32,000 bases of DNA from Pseudidiomarina andamanensis (GTDB lineage: Bacteria > Pseudomonadota > Gammaproteobacteria > Enterobacterales > Alteromonadaceae). How positions within the stretch are numbered: position 1 is the first letter of the stretch; every line of letters begins with the position of its first letter. The notes under the pieces are model-generated. The model made no database searches. It was given only the letters and a program-made list of their open reading frames with translations, and was not told the DNA's origin. The stretch lies in NCBI RefSeq assembly GCF_009734345.1, contig NZ_CP032551.1:60001-92000 (forward strand). Reading direction: 5' to 3'. The position numbers were made by a program, and so were the translations under genes. Shown here in pieces: positions 16,851 to 25,270 of the stretch.

Positions 16851-16878
16851 AATAACGAATAACCAATAACCAATAACG
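16851..16878. repeat. Heptamer array, right arm of pair B: 4 units.
   Basis: aataacg aataacc aataacc aataacg, followed by ctttt. Confidence 0.9.
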
Positions 16879-16981
16879 CTTTTCGCGCAGGTCTATATTT
16901 GGTCTTTATTTGGGCTTTACCGCCATTCTCGTCTAATCTTACTCCTGAAATCACCAACAAGGAGTAATAGCCATTTATACC

Positions 16982-17251
16982 GTGAAACGACCGCGCGTGA
17001 CCACTGTGTCAGGGTTTAAGAAAGAAATTGCCACCATGGATGTGAATGAACCGGTTTTGGTGACCCAGAACGGTGAACCGCTGTATGTGGTGCAAGACCC
17101 TGCCCAATACGAAGCCATGCAAGAGCAGATGGCGATGTTGAAAATGATTGCACTGGCTGAAAAGGATGTTCGGGCTGGTCGTGTTGTGAGCCGAGAAGAG
17201 CTCTTCAAAGGATTGGCAGAGGAGCTCGGCGCAGATGACGATCTCAATTGA
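16982..17251 (+). CDS. Phd/YefM-like type II antitoxin.
   Basis: 89 aa. VSGFKKEIATMDVNEPVLVTQNGEPLYVVQDPAQYEAM fits the Phd/YefM N-terminal pattern, and the tail is acidic. It overlaps the downstream toxin-like ORF by 17 nt. The GTG start is uncertain. Confidence 0.6.
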   Translation: MKRPRVTTVSGFKKEIATMDVNEPVLVTQNGEPLYVVQDPAQYEAMQEQMAMLKMIALAEKDVRAGRVVSREELFKGLAEELGADDDLN

Positions 17252-17582
17252 TTATACGAGCCATTTCAAATCCCAAGCTCGTAACCAAGTAAGGTTTCTT
17301 ATAAAAAAAGTGGGGTATCGATTAGCACAACAATTCGTTGATAGCGTACTTGACCAATTTGAACAAAAAGTTTTGATGTTTCCCCAACGATGCGCTCGAT
17401 GTTCAGAAAGTGCAGAAGTAGGTTTTGGACAATATTACGAATTTATTGATACAAAGACGCAGGTTCGGATTATTTATCGGCTTGCCGAGGGAGATGATTC
17501 GCATATATCGGCCCTGTTATTTGTGCGAACAAGACAAGATTTGCGTGATCAGCTTTTTCAGCTGGTATTAATGAGCCCTTAG
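17235..17582 (+). CDS. RelE/ParE-superfamily toxin (ParE-like).
   Basis: 115 aa, small and basic, translationally coupled to the antitoxin. ...YYEFIDTKTQVRIIYRLAEGDDSHISALLFVRTRQD resembles the ParE C-terminal pattern. Weak motif-level call. Confidence 0.55.
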   Translation: MTISIDYTSHFKSQARNQVRFLIKKVGYRLAQQFVDSVLDQFEQKVLMFPQRCARCSESAEVGFGQYYEFIDTKTQVRIIYRLAEGDDSHISALLFVRTRQDLRDQLFQLVLMSP

Positions 17583-17606
17583 TGTCTGGTTAGCGTTTGG
17601 CGAGCC

Positions 17607-17615
17607 TGCTATAAT
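17607..17615 (+). promoter_or_regulatory. Candidate extended -10 promoter for ribF.
   Basis: TGCTATAAT (TGnTATAAT) about 50 nt upstream of ATG 17664. No good -35. Confidence 0.3.
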
Positions 17616-17663
17616 CGCCGCTTTGTTAATCACCTGAAATAACGACAGGCTTGCTACGCACTG

Positions 17664-18596
17664 ATGCAGTTAATTCGCGGAATCCATAATATTCGACCTA
17701 AGCACCGTGGGTGTGTCCTTACTATTGGCAACTTTGATGGTGTTCATTTGGGCCATCAAGCGGTGTTGGCGCAAGTAAAAGCACAGGCACTTGCTCGTAG
17801 TGTTCCAGCGACGGTGATGACCTTTGAGCCGCAACCGCAAGAGCTGTTTCAGCCTGATAAAGCACCGGCGCGATTAACGAATTTTCGTGAAAAGCACATG
17901 GCGCTGCGCGAGCAGGGTATCGACCGCCATATTGTCATTGAGTTTAATCGCAAATTTTCTAATTTGCCGGCGCGCGAGTTTATCGAGCGAGTGCTGGTTG
18001 AGATGCTCGGTGTGCAATTTTTGGTGGTCGGCGATGATTTTCGTTTCGGCCACGGTCGCGAAGGTGATTTCGCGATGTTGCAACGCGCTGGCGCAGAGCT
18101 GGGCTTCGAGGTGGTTGATACGCAGAGTTACCGTCAACAACAGCAACGTGTTAGCAGTACTGCGATACGTCAGTGCTTAAGTGATGGCGATTTTACCCAA
18201 GCAGCAGCTATGCTTGGTCGGCCGTATGCATTTCAAGGGCGCGTGGTGCATGGTGAGAAAAAAGGCCGTACTATCGGTTTTCCAACCGCAAATATTCAGT
18301 TAAAACGGTTGCATTCGCCGCTTCAGGGCGTATTTGCTGTGCAGGTACAATGCAATGATGGCAAAATGCATGCAGGCGTTGCTAATATTGGCAGACGGCC
18401 AACATTGAATGGTGAGCGAGTGCAGCTAGAGGTGCATTTGTTCGATTTTGCGGGCGATTTATATGGGCAGCAGTTGCGGGTGGTGCCAACGCACTTTATT
18501 CGCGCGGAGCAGAAGTTTGCTGATTTTGCGCAGCTGCAGCAACAAATCGCCGCCGACGCTGAAAAGGCAAAGGCGTTACTCGTTATTGGTTATTAG
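17664..18596 (+). CDS. ribF: Bifunctional riboflavin kinase / FMN adenylyltransferase.
   Basis: MQLIRGIHNIRPKHRGCVLTIGNFDGVHLGHQAVL and GRTIGFPTANI motifs. 310 aa. Confidence 0.96.
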   Translation: MQLIRGIHNIRPKHRGCVLTIGNFDGVHLGHQAVLAQVKAQALARSVPATVMTFEPQPQELFQPDKAPARLTNFREKHMALREQGIDRHIVIEFNRKFSNLPAREFIERVLVEMLGVQFLVVGDDFRFGHGREGDFAMLQRAGAELGFEVVDTQSYRQQQQRVSSTAIRQCLSDGDFTQAAAMLGRPYAFQGRVVHGEKKGRTIGFPTANIQLKRLHSPLQGVFAVQVQCNDGKMHAGVANIGRRPTLNGERVQLEVHLFDFAGDLYGQQLRVVPTHFIRAEQKFADFAQLQQQIAADAEKAKALLVIGY

Positions 18597-18645
18597 TTAA
18601 TCGTTAAAACCAAACATGAACGACGAATAACGAATAACGCTTTTT
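18574..18645. repeat. Heptamer-array pair C: left 18574-18605, 13-nt loop, right 18619-18639, then a T-run. Likely an imperfect hairpin/terminator-like element between ribF and ileS.
   Basis: cgttact cgttatt ggttatt agttaat cgtt / aacgacg aataacg aataacg + cttttt. The last 7 codons of ribF and its TAG stop are inside the left arm. Confidence 0.85.
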
Positions 18646-18706
18646 AAATTCAAAAATTGAAATAAGTTATGGGGCAGATAACACCCCCGAAAAAGGAACC
18701 GAAATA

Positions 18707-21559
18707 ATGACCGACTACAAACACACACTGAATCTGCCGGAAACTGAGTTTCCGATGCGCGGTAATTTGGCGCAGCGTGAGCCGCAGATGTTGCAACAGT
18801 GGTACACAGATGACGTGTACGGCCTTATTCGCCAAGCGAAGGCGGGTCAGCCGGTGTTTATTTTGCATGATGGCCCTCCTTATGCGAACGGTGATATTCA
18901 CATTGGTCACGCAGTGAATAAGATTTTGAAAGACATGATTGTGAAAGCGAAAACGCTGAGCGATTTTGATGCGCCTTATGTGCCTGGTTGGGATTGTCAT
19001 GGCTTGCCAATTGAGCTGCAAGTTGAGAAGAAACATGGCAAGCCAGGTAAGAAACTCAGTGTGGCTGAGTTCCGTCAAAAATGCCGTGAGTATGCACTCA
19101 CTCAGGTAGACGGTCAGCGTGAAGACTTTAAACGTTTGGGTGTGTTTGGTGATTGGGATAACCCTTATTTGACCATGAACCCGAAACAAGAAGCTGACAG
19201 TATTCGCGCGCTTGCAAAAATCATTGCCAATGGTCACATGCAACAAGGCTTTAAGCCGGTGCATTGGTGTACCGATTGTGGTTCTGCTCTAGCTGAAGCG
19301 GAAGTTGAGTATCAAGATAAGCGTTCACCAGCTATCGATGTTGGCTTTACGCCAGTGAACGAAAGTGAGTTGGTGGGTAAGTTTGATCACCCAGCAGGTC
19401 ATACTGGCGAAGGCGAGGTGATGGTTGTGATTTGGACCACCACGCCGTGGACTATTCCAGCAAACCGTGCCATTTCGTTGCATCCGAGCCTTGATTATAC
19501 GTTGGTTCAGGTTGAGGCGACGGATGAGCGCCCTGCCATGCGTTTGGTACTTGCTGATGAATTAGTGAAATCAGCCATGGAACGCTGGGGTATTGATGCT
19601 TATCACAAGCTTGGCTTCGCAAAAGGTGAAGCGCTTGAAAATGTGAAAGTGAATCATCCGTTATTTGCGGATGTTCAGGTGCCACTTATTCTTGGTGAGC
19701 ACGTAACCACTGATTCTGGTACGGGCTGTGTGCACACGGCACCAGGCCACGGTGTCGATGACTTTATTGTTGGTCAGCGTTACGGCATTGAAGTGTATAA
19801 CCCAGTTGGCGATAACGGTGTGTATAAAGACGATACGCCGATGTTTGCTGGTCAGCACGTGATGAAGGCGAACCCGAATATTGTTGATGCGCTGCAAGAA
19901 GCTGGGCGATTGATCCATCACGAAGCGTATAACCACTCGTACCCACATTGCTGGCGCCACAAAACGCCAATTATTTTCCGTGCCACTCCGCAGTGGTTTA
20001 TCAGTATGGATAAGCAAGGTTTGCGCGCCAAAGCATTAGAGCAAATTAAACAAGTGCGTTGGGTGCCAGAGTGGGGGCAAAGCCGCATCGAAAGCATGGT
20101 TGATGGTCGTCCTGACTGGTGTATTTCACGTCAACGCACGTGGGGTAACCCGATTGCCGTGTTTGTGCGTCGTGACACGGACGAATTGCATCCACGCACG
20201 CTGGAACTGATGGAAGAAGTCGCAAAACGTGTTGAAAAAGATGGCATTCAGGCGTGGTTCGATTTAGAACCAGAAGAGTTATTAGGCGATGAAGCCGTTG
20301 ATTACCGTAAAGTGACTGACACCTTAGACGTGTGGTTCGATTCAGGTGTGACACACGAAGCCGTTTTGAATAAAACGCCAGGCTTGCAGTGGCCAGCAGA
20401 TTTGTATCTTGAAGGTTCTGACCAACACCGTGGTTGGTTCCAATCATCTTTGTTGACTGGTGTGGCGATGTATCAACAAGCACCATATAAGCAAGTGCTA
20501 ACGCATGGTTTCACGGTTGATGGGCAAGGCCGCAAAATGTCGAAATCAATCGGCAACGTCATTGCGCCGCTTGAGGTAATGAACAAGTTAGGCGGTGATA
20601 TCTTACGTTTGTGGGTTGCGGCAACGGATTATTCGGGCGAAATGACGGTTTCTGATGAAATCTTGAAGCGTTCCGCTGATAGCTACCGTCGTATTCGTAA
20701 TACCTCACGTTTCTTGTTAGCGAACATTAACGAGTTTGAGCCAAGCAAACACGCTGTTGCTGCCGACGATATGGTTGCGATTGATAAGTGGATTGTTGCG
20801 CGTGCTGTTAGTTTACAAGAAGAGATTCTAAAAGCGTTAGACGGCTACCAATTCCACGGCGTGGTGCAAAAAATTATGCACTTCTGCTCAATTGAGTTAG
20901 GTAGCTTCTACTTAGACGTGATTAAAGACCGTCAGTACACGGCAAAACGTGACAGTGTCGCGCGTCGTTCATGTCAGACTGCGTTGTATCACATTGCTGA
21001 AATGTTGGTACGCTGGTTGGCGCCTATTTGTAGTTTTACCGCACAAGAAATCTGGGATGCATTGCCGAAGCAGCTCGCCAATGGTGAAGCGCGTTCGCGT
21101 TATGTGTTTACCGAGAGTTGGTATCGCGAAGCGGCGCAAATTAGCGTGAGTCCAGCCGATAACGCCTTGTGGCAAACGGTGCTTGAGGTACGTGATGAAG
21201 TGAATCGTACGCTTGAGCAAGCGCGCCGTGATGATGTAATTGGCGGCAGCTTACAAGCCGAAGTGACTGTTTATGCGGTGGCCGACATTGCCGCACAACT
21301 ATCTAGTCTTGAGGACGAGTTGCGTTTTGCCTTTATTACGTCTGCTGTTGCCGTTGAAACGGTTGAGACGGCACCTGCAGGGGCTGTTGCAACAGAACTT
21401 GACGGCGTTTGGGTAAAAGTAGCGAAATCGGCCTACGAAAAATGCGAGCGCTGTTGGCATCACCGTGCAGAGGTTGGCACCATTGCGAGCCACCCGACGC
21501 TATGCCAACGCTGTGTAACAAACGTTGATGGAGCCGGAGAGGAGCGCCATTTTGCTTAA
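18707..21559 (+). CDS. ileS: Isoleucine--tRNA ligase.
   Basis: HIGH motif ([14 protein letters not shown]), KMSKS motif, C-terminal zinc-finger cysteines (CERCWHH ... CQRC). 950 aa. Confidence 0.98.
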   Translation: MTDYKHTLNLPETEFPMRGNLAQREPQMLQQWYTDDVYGLIRQAKAGQPVFILHDGPPYANGDIHIGHAVNKILKDMIVKAKTLSDFDAPYVPGWDCHGLPIELQVEKKHGKPGKKLSVAEFRQKCREYALTQVDGQREDFKRLGVFGDWDNPYLTMNPKQEADSIRALAKIIANGHMQQGFKPVHWCTDCGSALAEAEVEYQDKRSPAIDVGFTPVNESELVGKFDHPAGHTGEGEVMVVIWTTTPWTIPANRAISLHPSLDYTLVQVEATDERPAMRLVLADELVKSAMERWGIDAYHKLGFAKGEALENVKVNHPLFADVQVPLILGEHVTTDSGTGCVHTAPGHGVDDFIVGQRYGIEVYNPVGDNGVYKDDTPMFAGQHVMKANPNIVDALQEAGRLIHHEAYNHSYPHCWRHKTPIIFRATPQWFISMDKQGLRAKALEQIKQVRWVPEWGQSRIESMVDGRPDWCISRQRTWGNPIAVFVRRDTDELHPRTLELMEEVAKRVEKDGIQAWFDLEPEELLGDEAVDYRKVTDTLDVWFDSGVTHEAVLNKTPGLQWPADLYLEGSDQHRGWFQSSLLTGVAMYQQAPYKQVLTHGFTVDGQGRKMSKSIGNVIAPLEVMNKLGGDILRLWVAATDYSGEMTVSDEILKRSADSYRRIRNTSRFLLANINEFEPSKHAVAADDMVAIDKWIVARAVSLQEEILKALDGYQFHGVVQKIMHFCSIELGSFYLDVIKDRQYTAKRDSVARRSCQTALYHIAEMLVRWLAPICSFTAQEIWDALPKQLANGEARSRYVFTESWYREAAQISVSPADNALWQTVLEVRDEVNRTLEQARRDDVIGGSLQAEVTVYAVADIAAQLSSLEDELRFAFITSAVAVETVETAPAGAVATELDGVWVKVAKSAYEKCERCWHHRAEVGTIASHPTLCQRCVTNVDGAGEERHFA

Positions 21560-22061
21560 GCCAACTGATTTACAAAAGCGCGCCAGTGGGTTGCGCTTTT
21601 TGTGGTTAACCTTGCTGCTTATTGTTCTGGATCAATTTACCAAGCAATGGGTGATTCGTGTTTTCGATTTATACGAAAGCATTGAGGTGATGCCCTATTT
21701 AAATTTGACCTACGTGCGTAACATGGGCGCCGCCTTCAGCTTCTTGAGCGATCAAGGCGGCTGGCAGCGCTGGTTATTCACGTTTTTAGCGATAGCCGTT
21801 AGTGTGGTTCTGCTAATTTGGCTGCGCCGTAACCCGGCCAATATGTGGCGTCAAAATCTTGCCTTTGCGCTGATTCTGGCGGGTGCGATTGGTAATGTTA
21901 TCGACCGTATAATATATGGTTACGTTATTGATTTTATTGATGTATATGTGAATGAGTGGCACTGGCCGGCATTTAATGTTGCCGATATGGCTATAACTAT
22001 CGGTGCAGTTCTTATGCTATTAGAGGCGTTTTTTGAACAACGCCAGGAGCCACAGTCATGA
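21525..22061 (+). CDS. lspA: Lipoprotein signal peptidase (signal peptidase II).
   Basis: [34 protein letters not shown] and [12 protein letters not shown] motifs. The start is uncertain: ATG 21525 gives the longest ORF, but TTG 21552 sits 7 nt after a GGAGAGGAG Shine-Dalgarno. Confidence 0.9.
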   Translation: MMEPERSAILLKPTDLQKRASGLRFLWLTLLLIVLDQFTKQWVIRVFDLYESIEVMPYLNLTYVRNMGAAFSFLSDQGGWQRWLFTFLAIAVSVVLLIWLRRNPANMWRQNLAFALILAGAIGNVIDRIIYGYVIDFIDVYVNEWHWPAFNVADMAITIGAVLMLLEAFFEQRQEPQS

Positions 22062-22498
22062 TCAGTCGTCTCCCGATCGAGCACGGTCGCGAAGTGATTT
22101 TGCATTTCACCATCAAGTTAACCGATGATTCGGTTGCTGACAGTACTAAAATGTCAGGTAAACCAGCAAAGTTCCGTATGGGCGATGGCTCCTTAACGGA
22201 GAACTTTGAGTCGTGTTTGGTTGGTTTAAAAGCTGGCGATGCCCGCGAGTTTGAACTGGCACCAGAAGACGCTTTTGGTATGCCGAATAAAGATAACTAT
22301 TATCAGGTAGATACCACCAAGTTCGGTGCAGATCGCCCTGAAGTTGGCCAAATTTTTACGTTTCCACAGCCTGATGGCACGGAGTTACCCGGTATTGTGC
22401 GGGCAATTAATGATCAGTTTGTGACGATTGATTTTAATCATCCGTTGGCTGGCCAGCGGGTGCGATTTGCCGTCGAAATTATTGAGGTAAATCCTTAA
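22058..22498 (+). CDS. fkpB: FKBP-type peptidyl-prolyl cis-trans isomerase (FkpB/SlpA-like).
   Basis: ATGA overlap with lspA. VILHFTIKLTDDSVADST ... GKPAKFRMGDGSL ... PGIVRAINDQFVTIDFNHPLAGQRVRFAVEIIEV parallels E. coli FkpB. Confidence 0.88.
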   Translation: MISRLPIEHGREVILHFTIKLTDDSVADSTKMSGKPAKFRMGDGSLTENFESCLVGLKAGDAREFELAPEDAFGMPNKDNYYQVDTTKFGADRPEVGQIFTFPQPDGTELPGIVRAINDQFVTIDFNHPLAGQRVRFAVEIIEVNP

Positions 22499-22501
22499 AA
22501 A

Positions 22502-22573
22502 CGTTACTCGTTAGTCGTTACTCGTTATTCGAAAAGGACAACACGAATAACTAATAACGAACAACGAACAACG
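22502..22573. repeat. Heptamer-array pair D: left 22502-22531, 12-nt loop, right 22544-22573, between fkpB and ispH.
   Basis: cgttact cgttagt cgttact cgttatt cg / cg aataact aataacg aacaacg aacaacg. It ends 14 nt before the ispH ATG. Confidence 0.9.
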
Positions 22574-22587
22574 AAGTTGGAGTTTTT

Positions 22588-23529
22588 ATGAATATTGTTT
22601 TGGCGAATCCGCGTGGTTTTTGTGCCGGTGTTGACCGAGCGATTACTATAGTCGAGCGCGCATTAGAAATTTTTGAACCACCTATTTATGTGCGCCATGA
22701 AGTAGTACATAACAAATACGTGGTGGATTCGTTGCGCGCGCGCGGTGCTGTGTTTGTTGATGAGCTGCATGAAGTGCCTGACGATAGCATTGTGATTTTT
22801 TCTGCGCACGGGGTGTCGCAAGCGGTTCGCCAAGAGGCAAAAGACCGTGGTTTGCGAGTATTTGACGCAACCTGCCCGCTGGTGACCAAGGTGCATATGG
22901 AAGTGACGCGTGCAAGTCGCAAGGGGCATGAGTGTGTGCTGATTGGTCATGCGGGGCACCCGGAAGTAGAAGGCACCATGGGGCAGTACAATAACCCGAA
23001 AGGTGGAATCTACCTGGTGGAATCGGTTGACGATGTCGCAAAACTTGAGGTGAAAGATCCGAAACAATTGCACTACATGAGCCAAACCACGTTGTCGGTT
23101 GATGATACGGCTGACGTGATTGATGCGTTGCGTGACAAATTCCCAGAAGTGCAGGGGCCGCGCAAAGATGATATCTGTTATGCCACGCAAAACCGTCAAG
23201 ACGCCGTACGCGAGCTCGCTGCTGAAGTGGATGTGCTGCTGGTTGTTGGCGCGCGTAATAGCTCGAATTCAAATCGCTTACGTGAATTAGCTGAAAAAAT
23301 GGGTACGCCTGCGTACTTGATTGATGATGCTTCTTGCATTGATCAAGCGTGGCTCGATGGCAAAGAAAATGTCGGTGTGACTGCGGGGGCGTCAGCGCCG
23401 GAAGTTCTGGTTCGTGATGTGGTGAAAAAGCTGCAATCGTGGGGTGGAGAGACGGTTCAAGAGCGCAGCGGGCGCGAAGAAAATATCACTTTTTCTATCC
23501 CCCCAGAACTCCGCGTCGTTGAACTGTAA
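22588..23529 (+). CDS. ispH: 4-hydroxy-3-methylbut-2-enyl diphosphate reductase.
   Basis: [37 protein letters not shown], and SSNSNRL motifs. 313 aa. Confidence 0.97.
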   Translation: MNIVLANPRGFCAGVDRAITIVERALEIFEPPIYVRHEVVHNKYVVDSLRARGAVFVDELHEVPDDSIVIFSAHGVSQAVRQEAKDRGLRVFDATCPLVTKVHMEVTRASRKGHECVLIGHAGHPEVEGTMGQYNNPKGGIYLVESVDDVAKLEVKDPKQLHYMSQTTLSVDDTADVIDALRDKFPEVQGPRKDDICYATQNRQDAVRELAAEVDVLLVVGARNSSNSNRLRELAEKMGTPAYLIDDASCIDQAWLDGKENVGVTAGASAPEVLVRDVVKKLQSWGGETVQERSGREENITFSIPPELRVVEL

Positions 23530-23532
23530 AAC

Positions 23533-23682
23533 CGTTGTTCGTTATTCGTTATTTGTTATTCGTTAAATATCAAAAAATCTCCGTGTGCATAGGTTATATG
23601 TACAACGGAGATTTTCAGTTTTTAGTGCTTCGTGTTTTGCTTTTTCGAATAACGAATAACTAATAACGAATAACCAATAACG
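23533..23682. repeat. Heptamer-array pair E: left 23533-23564, right 23646-23682, enclosing an 81-nt loop that itself contains a terminator hairpin.
   Basis: cgttgtt cgttatt cgttatt tgttatt cgtt ... cg aataacg aataact aataacg aataacc aataacg. Confidence 0.9.
23574..23625. terminator. Bidirectional rho-independent terminator between the convergent ispH and pilE genes.
   Basis: aaaatctccgt (23574-23584) pairs with acggagatttt (23605-23615). T-runs follow on both strands (ttttcagttttt on plus, ttttttgat on minus). Confidence 0.7.
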
Positions 23683-23685
23683 GTT

Positions 23686-24069
23686 TTACTGCCAACAGGT
23701 GGTGGGGGTTTTTTGGTCGTTCTGATTAATGCTCATTGTGGCACATTCTGTATCAGAAACCTGCGCACCTTTCGCTGTAGCCGTTAATGTATAGGTCTCG
23801 GCGCCAAGGTTCGACACACTAAAAGTGTAAAATTCGCTTGACGATGTAAAGCCAAGATCAGCTATTGTGGCATAGCTGGTATTGCGTAATCGATACTCTT
23901 CTTGGGCCATCTGTAATTTCATCAATTCGCCCATGGCGTCTGCTCTGCGGCTCTGTTTGACGTAGTCAGTAAAGTTCGGATATGCAATGGCTGCAATGAT
24001 GCCGATAATTGCTACGACAATCATCAATTCAATCAGGGTCATGCCGGATAACTTTTTTTCAACTTGCAT
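23686..24069 (-). CDS. pilE: Type IV pilin, PilE-like.
   Basis: Prepilin leader MQVEKKLSG / [37 protein letters not shown]-terminal Cys pair (C..TTC). +1 is Met rather than Phe. Confidence 0.8.
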   Translation of the reverse strand: MQVEKKLSGMTLIELMIVVAIIGIIAAIAYPNFTDYVKQSRRADAMGELMKLQMAQEEYRLRNTSYATIADLGFTSSSEFYTFSVSNLGAETYTLTATAKGAQVSDTECATMSINQNDQKTPTTCWQ

Positions 24070-24137
24070 TTATTCCACCTGTTTATACTATGCTTAGTGC
24101 ATGTGTTCATTAGTACGACAATTTTGGAACAAACGCA

Positions 24138-24665
24138 ATGCGTCAAGGATTCACTTTACTAGAGCTTATCATCACGTTGTTAATTCTCAGCATTGTGCTG
24201 GGATGGGGTGTGCCTGCGACAATCGAAATGGCGCGAACTATGCGCCTACAGGGCGCTGCGCAAGATACCTACGCATTGCTGCAATACGCTCGCTCTGATG
24301 CGTTAAGTAGCGGCGAGAACCGTTTTGTGGTCTGGGATGATGAAAACGGTGATTGGTGTGCTGCGGTTGCCGTATCGAGTGACTGTGATTGCCTTACCGA
24401 AGATTGTTCAATTAACGGCGTGTTACGGCAAATTAATGGTACCGAGTATTCTGGCGTAACCATGGCGTCTGCTGCATTCTCTGCTGGTGACCATACCCGA
24501 TTTGATGCGTTACGTGGTTTGGCTGAAGGGAACGCCGGTACGGTTAGTTATCAACTGCGTGACAGCAGTAACGCTGTAGAGCGAGAAGTGCGTGTGGTGG
24601 TCAGTACACTTGGCCGCTTGCGTTATTGCCAAGTTGGTGGTGTGGGGAGTTATCCAGCATGTTAA
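24138..24665 (+). CDS. fimT: Type IV minor pilin, FimT/FimU (GspH-like) family.
   Basis: MRQG/FTLLELIITLLILSIVLGWGVPA prepilin motif with the GspH-like arrangement. 175 aa. Confidence 0.7.
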   Translation: MRQGFTLLELIITLLILSIVLGWGVPATIEMARTMRLQGAAQDTYALLQYARSDALSSGENRFVVWDDENGDWCAAVAVSSDCDCLTEDCSINGVLRQINGTEYSGVTMASAAFSAGDHTRFDALRGLAEGNAGTVSYQLRDSSNAVEREVRVVVSTLGRLRYCQVGGVGSYPAC

Positions 24666-25270
24666 AGCAGCGCGGTTTATCGCTTGTTGAATTAATGATC
24701 ACCATTACGCTTGGCTTAATTCTGATGGCGGCGTTAACGTCGGTGTTTTCTGCAACACTTGGCACCAATTCGCGCAGTTTACAGTTGAGCCAACTCCAAG
24801 AAGAATCTACGGCAGTGATGGATTTGCTGATGGGCGATTTACGTCGCGCCGGATATCGCGGTAACGCTCATTTATTGGTTGTGGACCCCGATAATGCGGT
24901 GACGGCCTTCAATAATAAAGTCACCGTGTCACAGCATCCAAGTGAAGTGGCGGCAAGTTGTTTGCTTTTCGAATATGACGCCGATAATGATGCGGTGCAT
25001 GACGGTGCAGTTGAACAATTTGGCTATCGTCTGCGCAATGGCCAAGTGCAACGCCGACAAGCCGCAGCAACGTGTGATCAAGATGGTTGGGAAGGTTTAA
25101 CCAGCCCTGATTTAATTCAAGTCGATGTGCTGGAGTTTATTCTCACCGAGCGCATGCTAGACGATGTCAATGAACAAGTTGTTGAAGTGTTGATGGTGGT
25201 ATCACTACCAAGTGATGCCCAAGTATCACGAGAGTTTGCAACAGAGGTGGTGCTGCGCAATGCGTTTTAA
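24659..25270 (+). CDS. pilW: Type IV minor pilin, PilW-like (GspJ-like), short form (203 aa).
   Basis: ATG 24659 overlaps the fimT stop. MLKQRG/LSLVELMITITLGLILMAALTSVF prepilin motif with Glu5. Confidence 0.6.
   Translation: MLKQRGLSLVELMITITLGLILMAALTSVFSATLGTNSRSLQLSQLQEESTAVMDLLMGDLRRAGYRGNAHLLVVDPDNAVTAFNNKVTVSQHPSEVAASCLLFEYDADNDAVHDGAVEQFGYRLRNGQVQRRQAAATCDQDGWEGLTSPDLIQVDVLEFILTERMLDDVNEQVVEVLMVVSLPSDAQVSREFATEVVLRNAF

Noticed and set aside
22663-23272. Long antisense ORFs inside ispH (22663-23199 and 22682-23272, minus). Similar shadow ORFs lie inside ileS (18650-19264, 19661-20017, 20046-20486), murJ (14109-14489, 14146-14400), ccmB (28917-29408) and the pilV-like gene (26719-27099).
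   Set aside because: They lie entirely within confidently identified genes on the opposite strand. Their products are low-complexity and Arg/His/Gln-rich, with no recognisable motifs. These are typical shadow ORFs.
13637-23682. Whether the heptamer arrays could be CRISPR arrays.
   Set aside because: The units are 7 bp, directly abutting, degenerate and without spacers. No cas genes are present. The arrays occur as inverted pairs. None of this is compatible with CRISPR.
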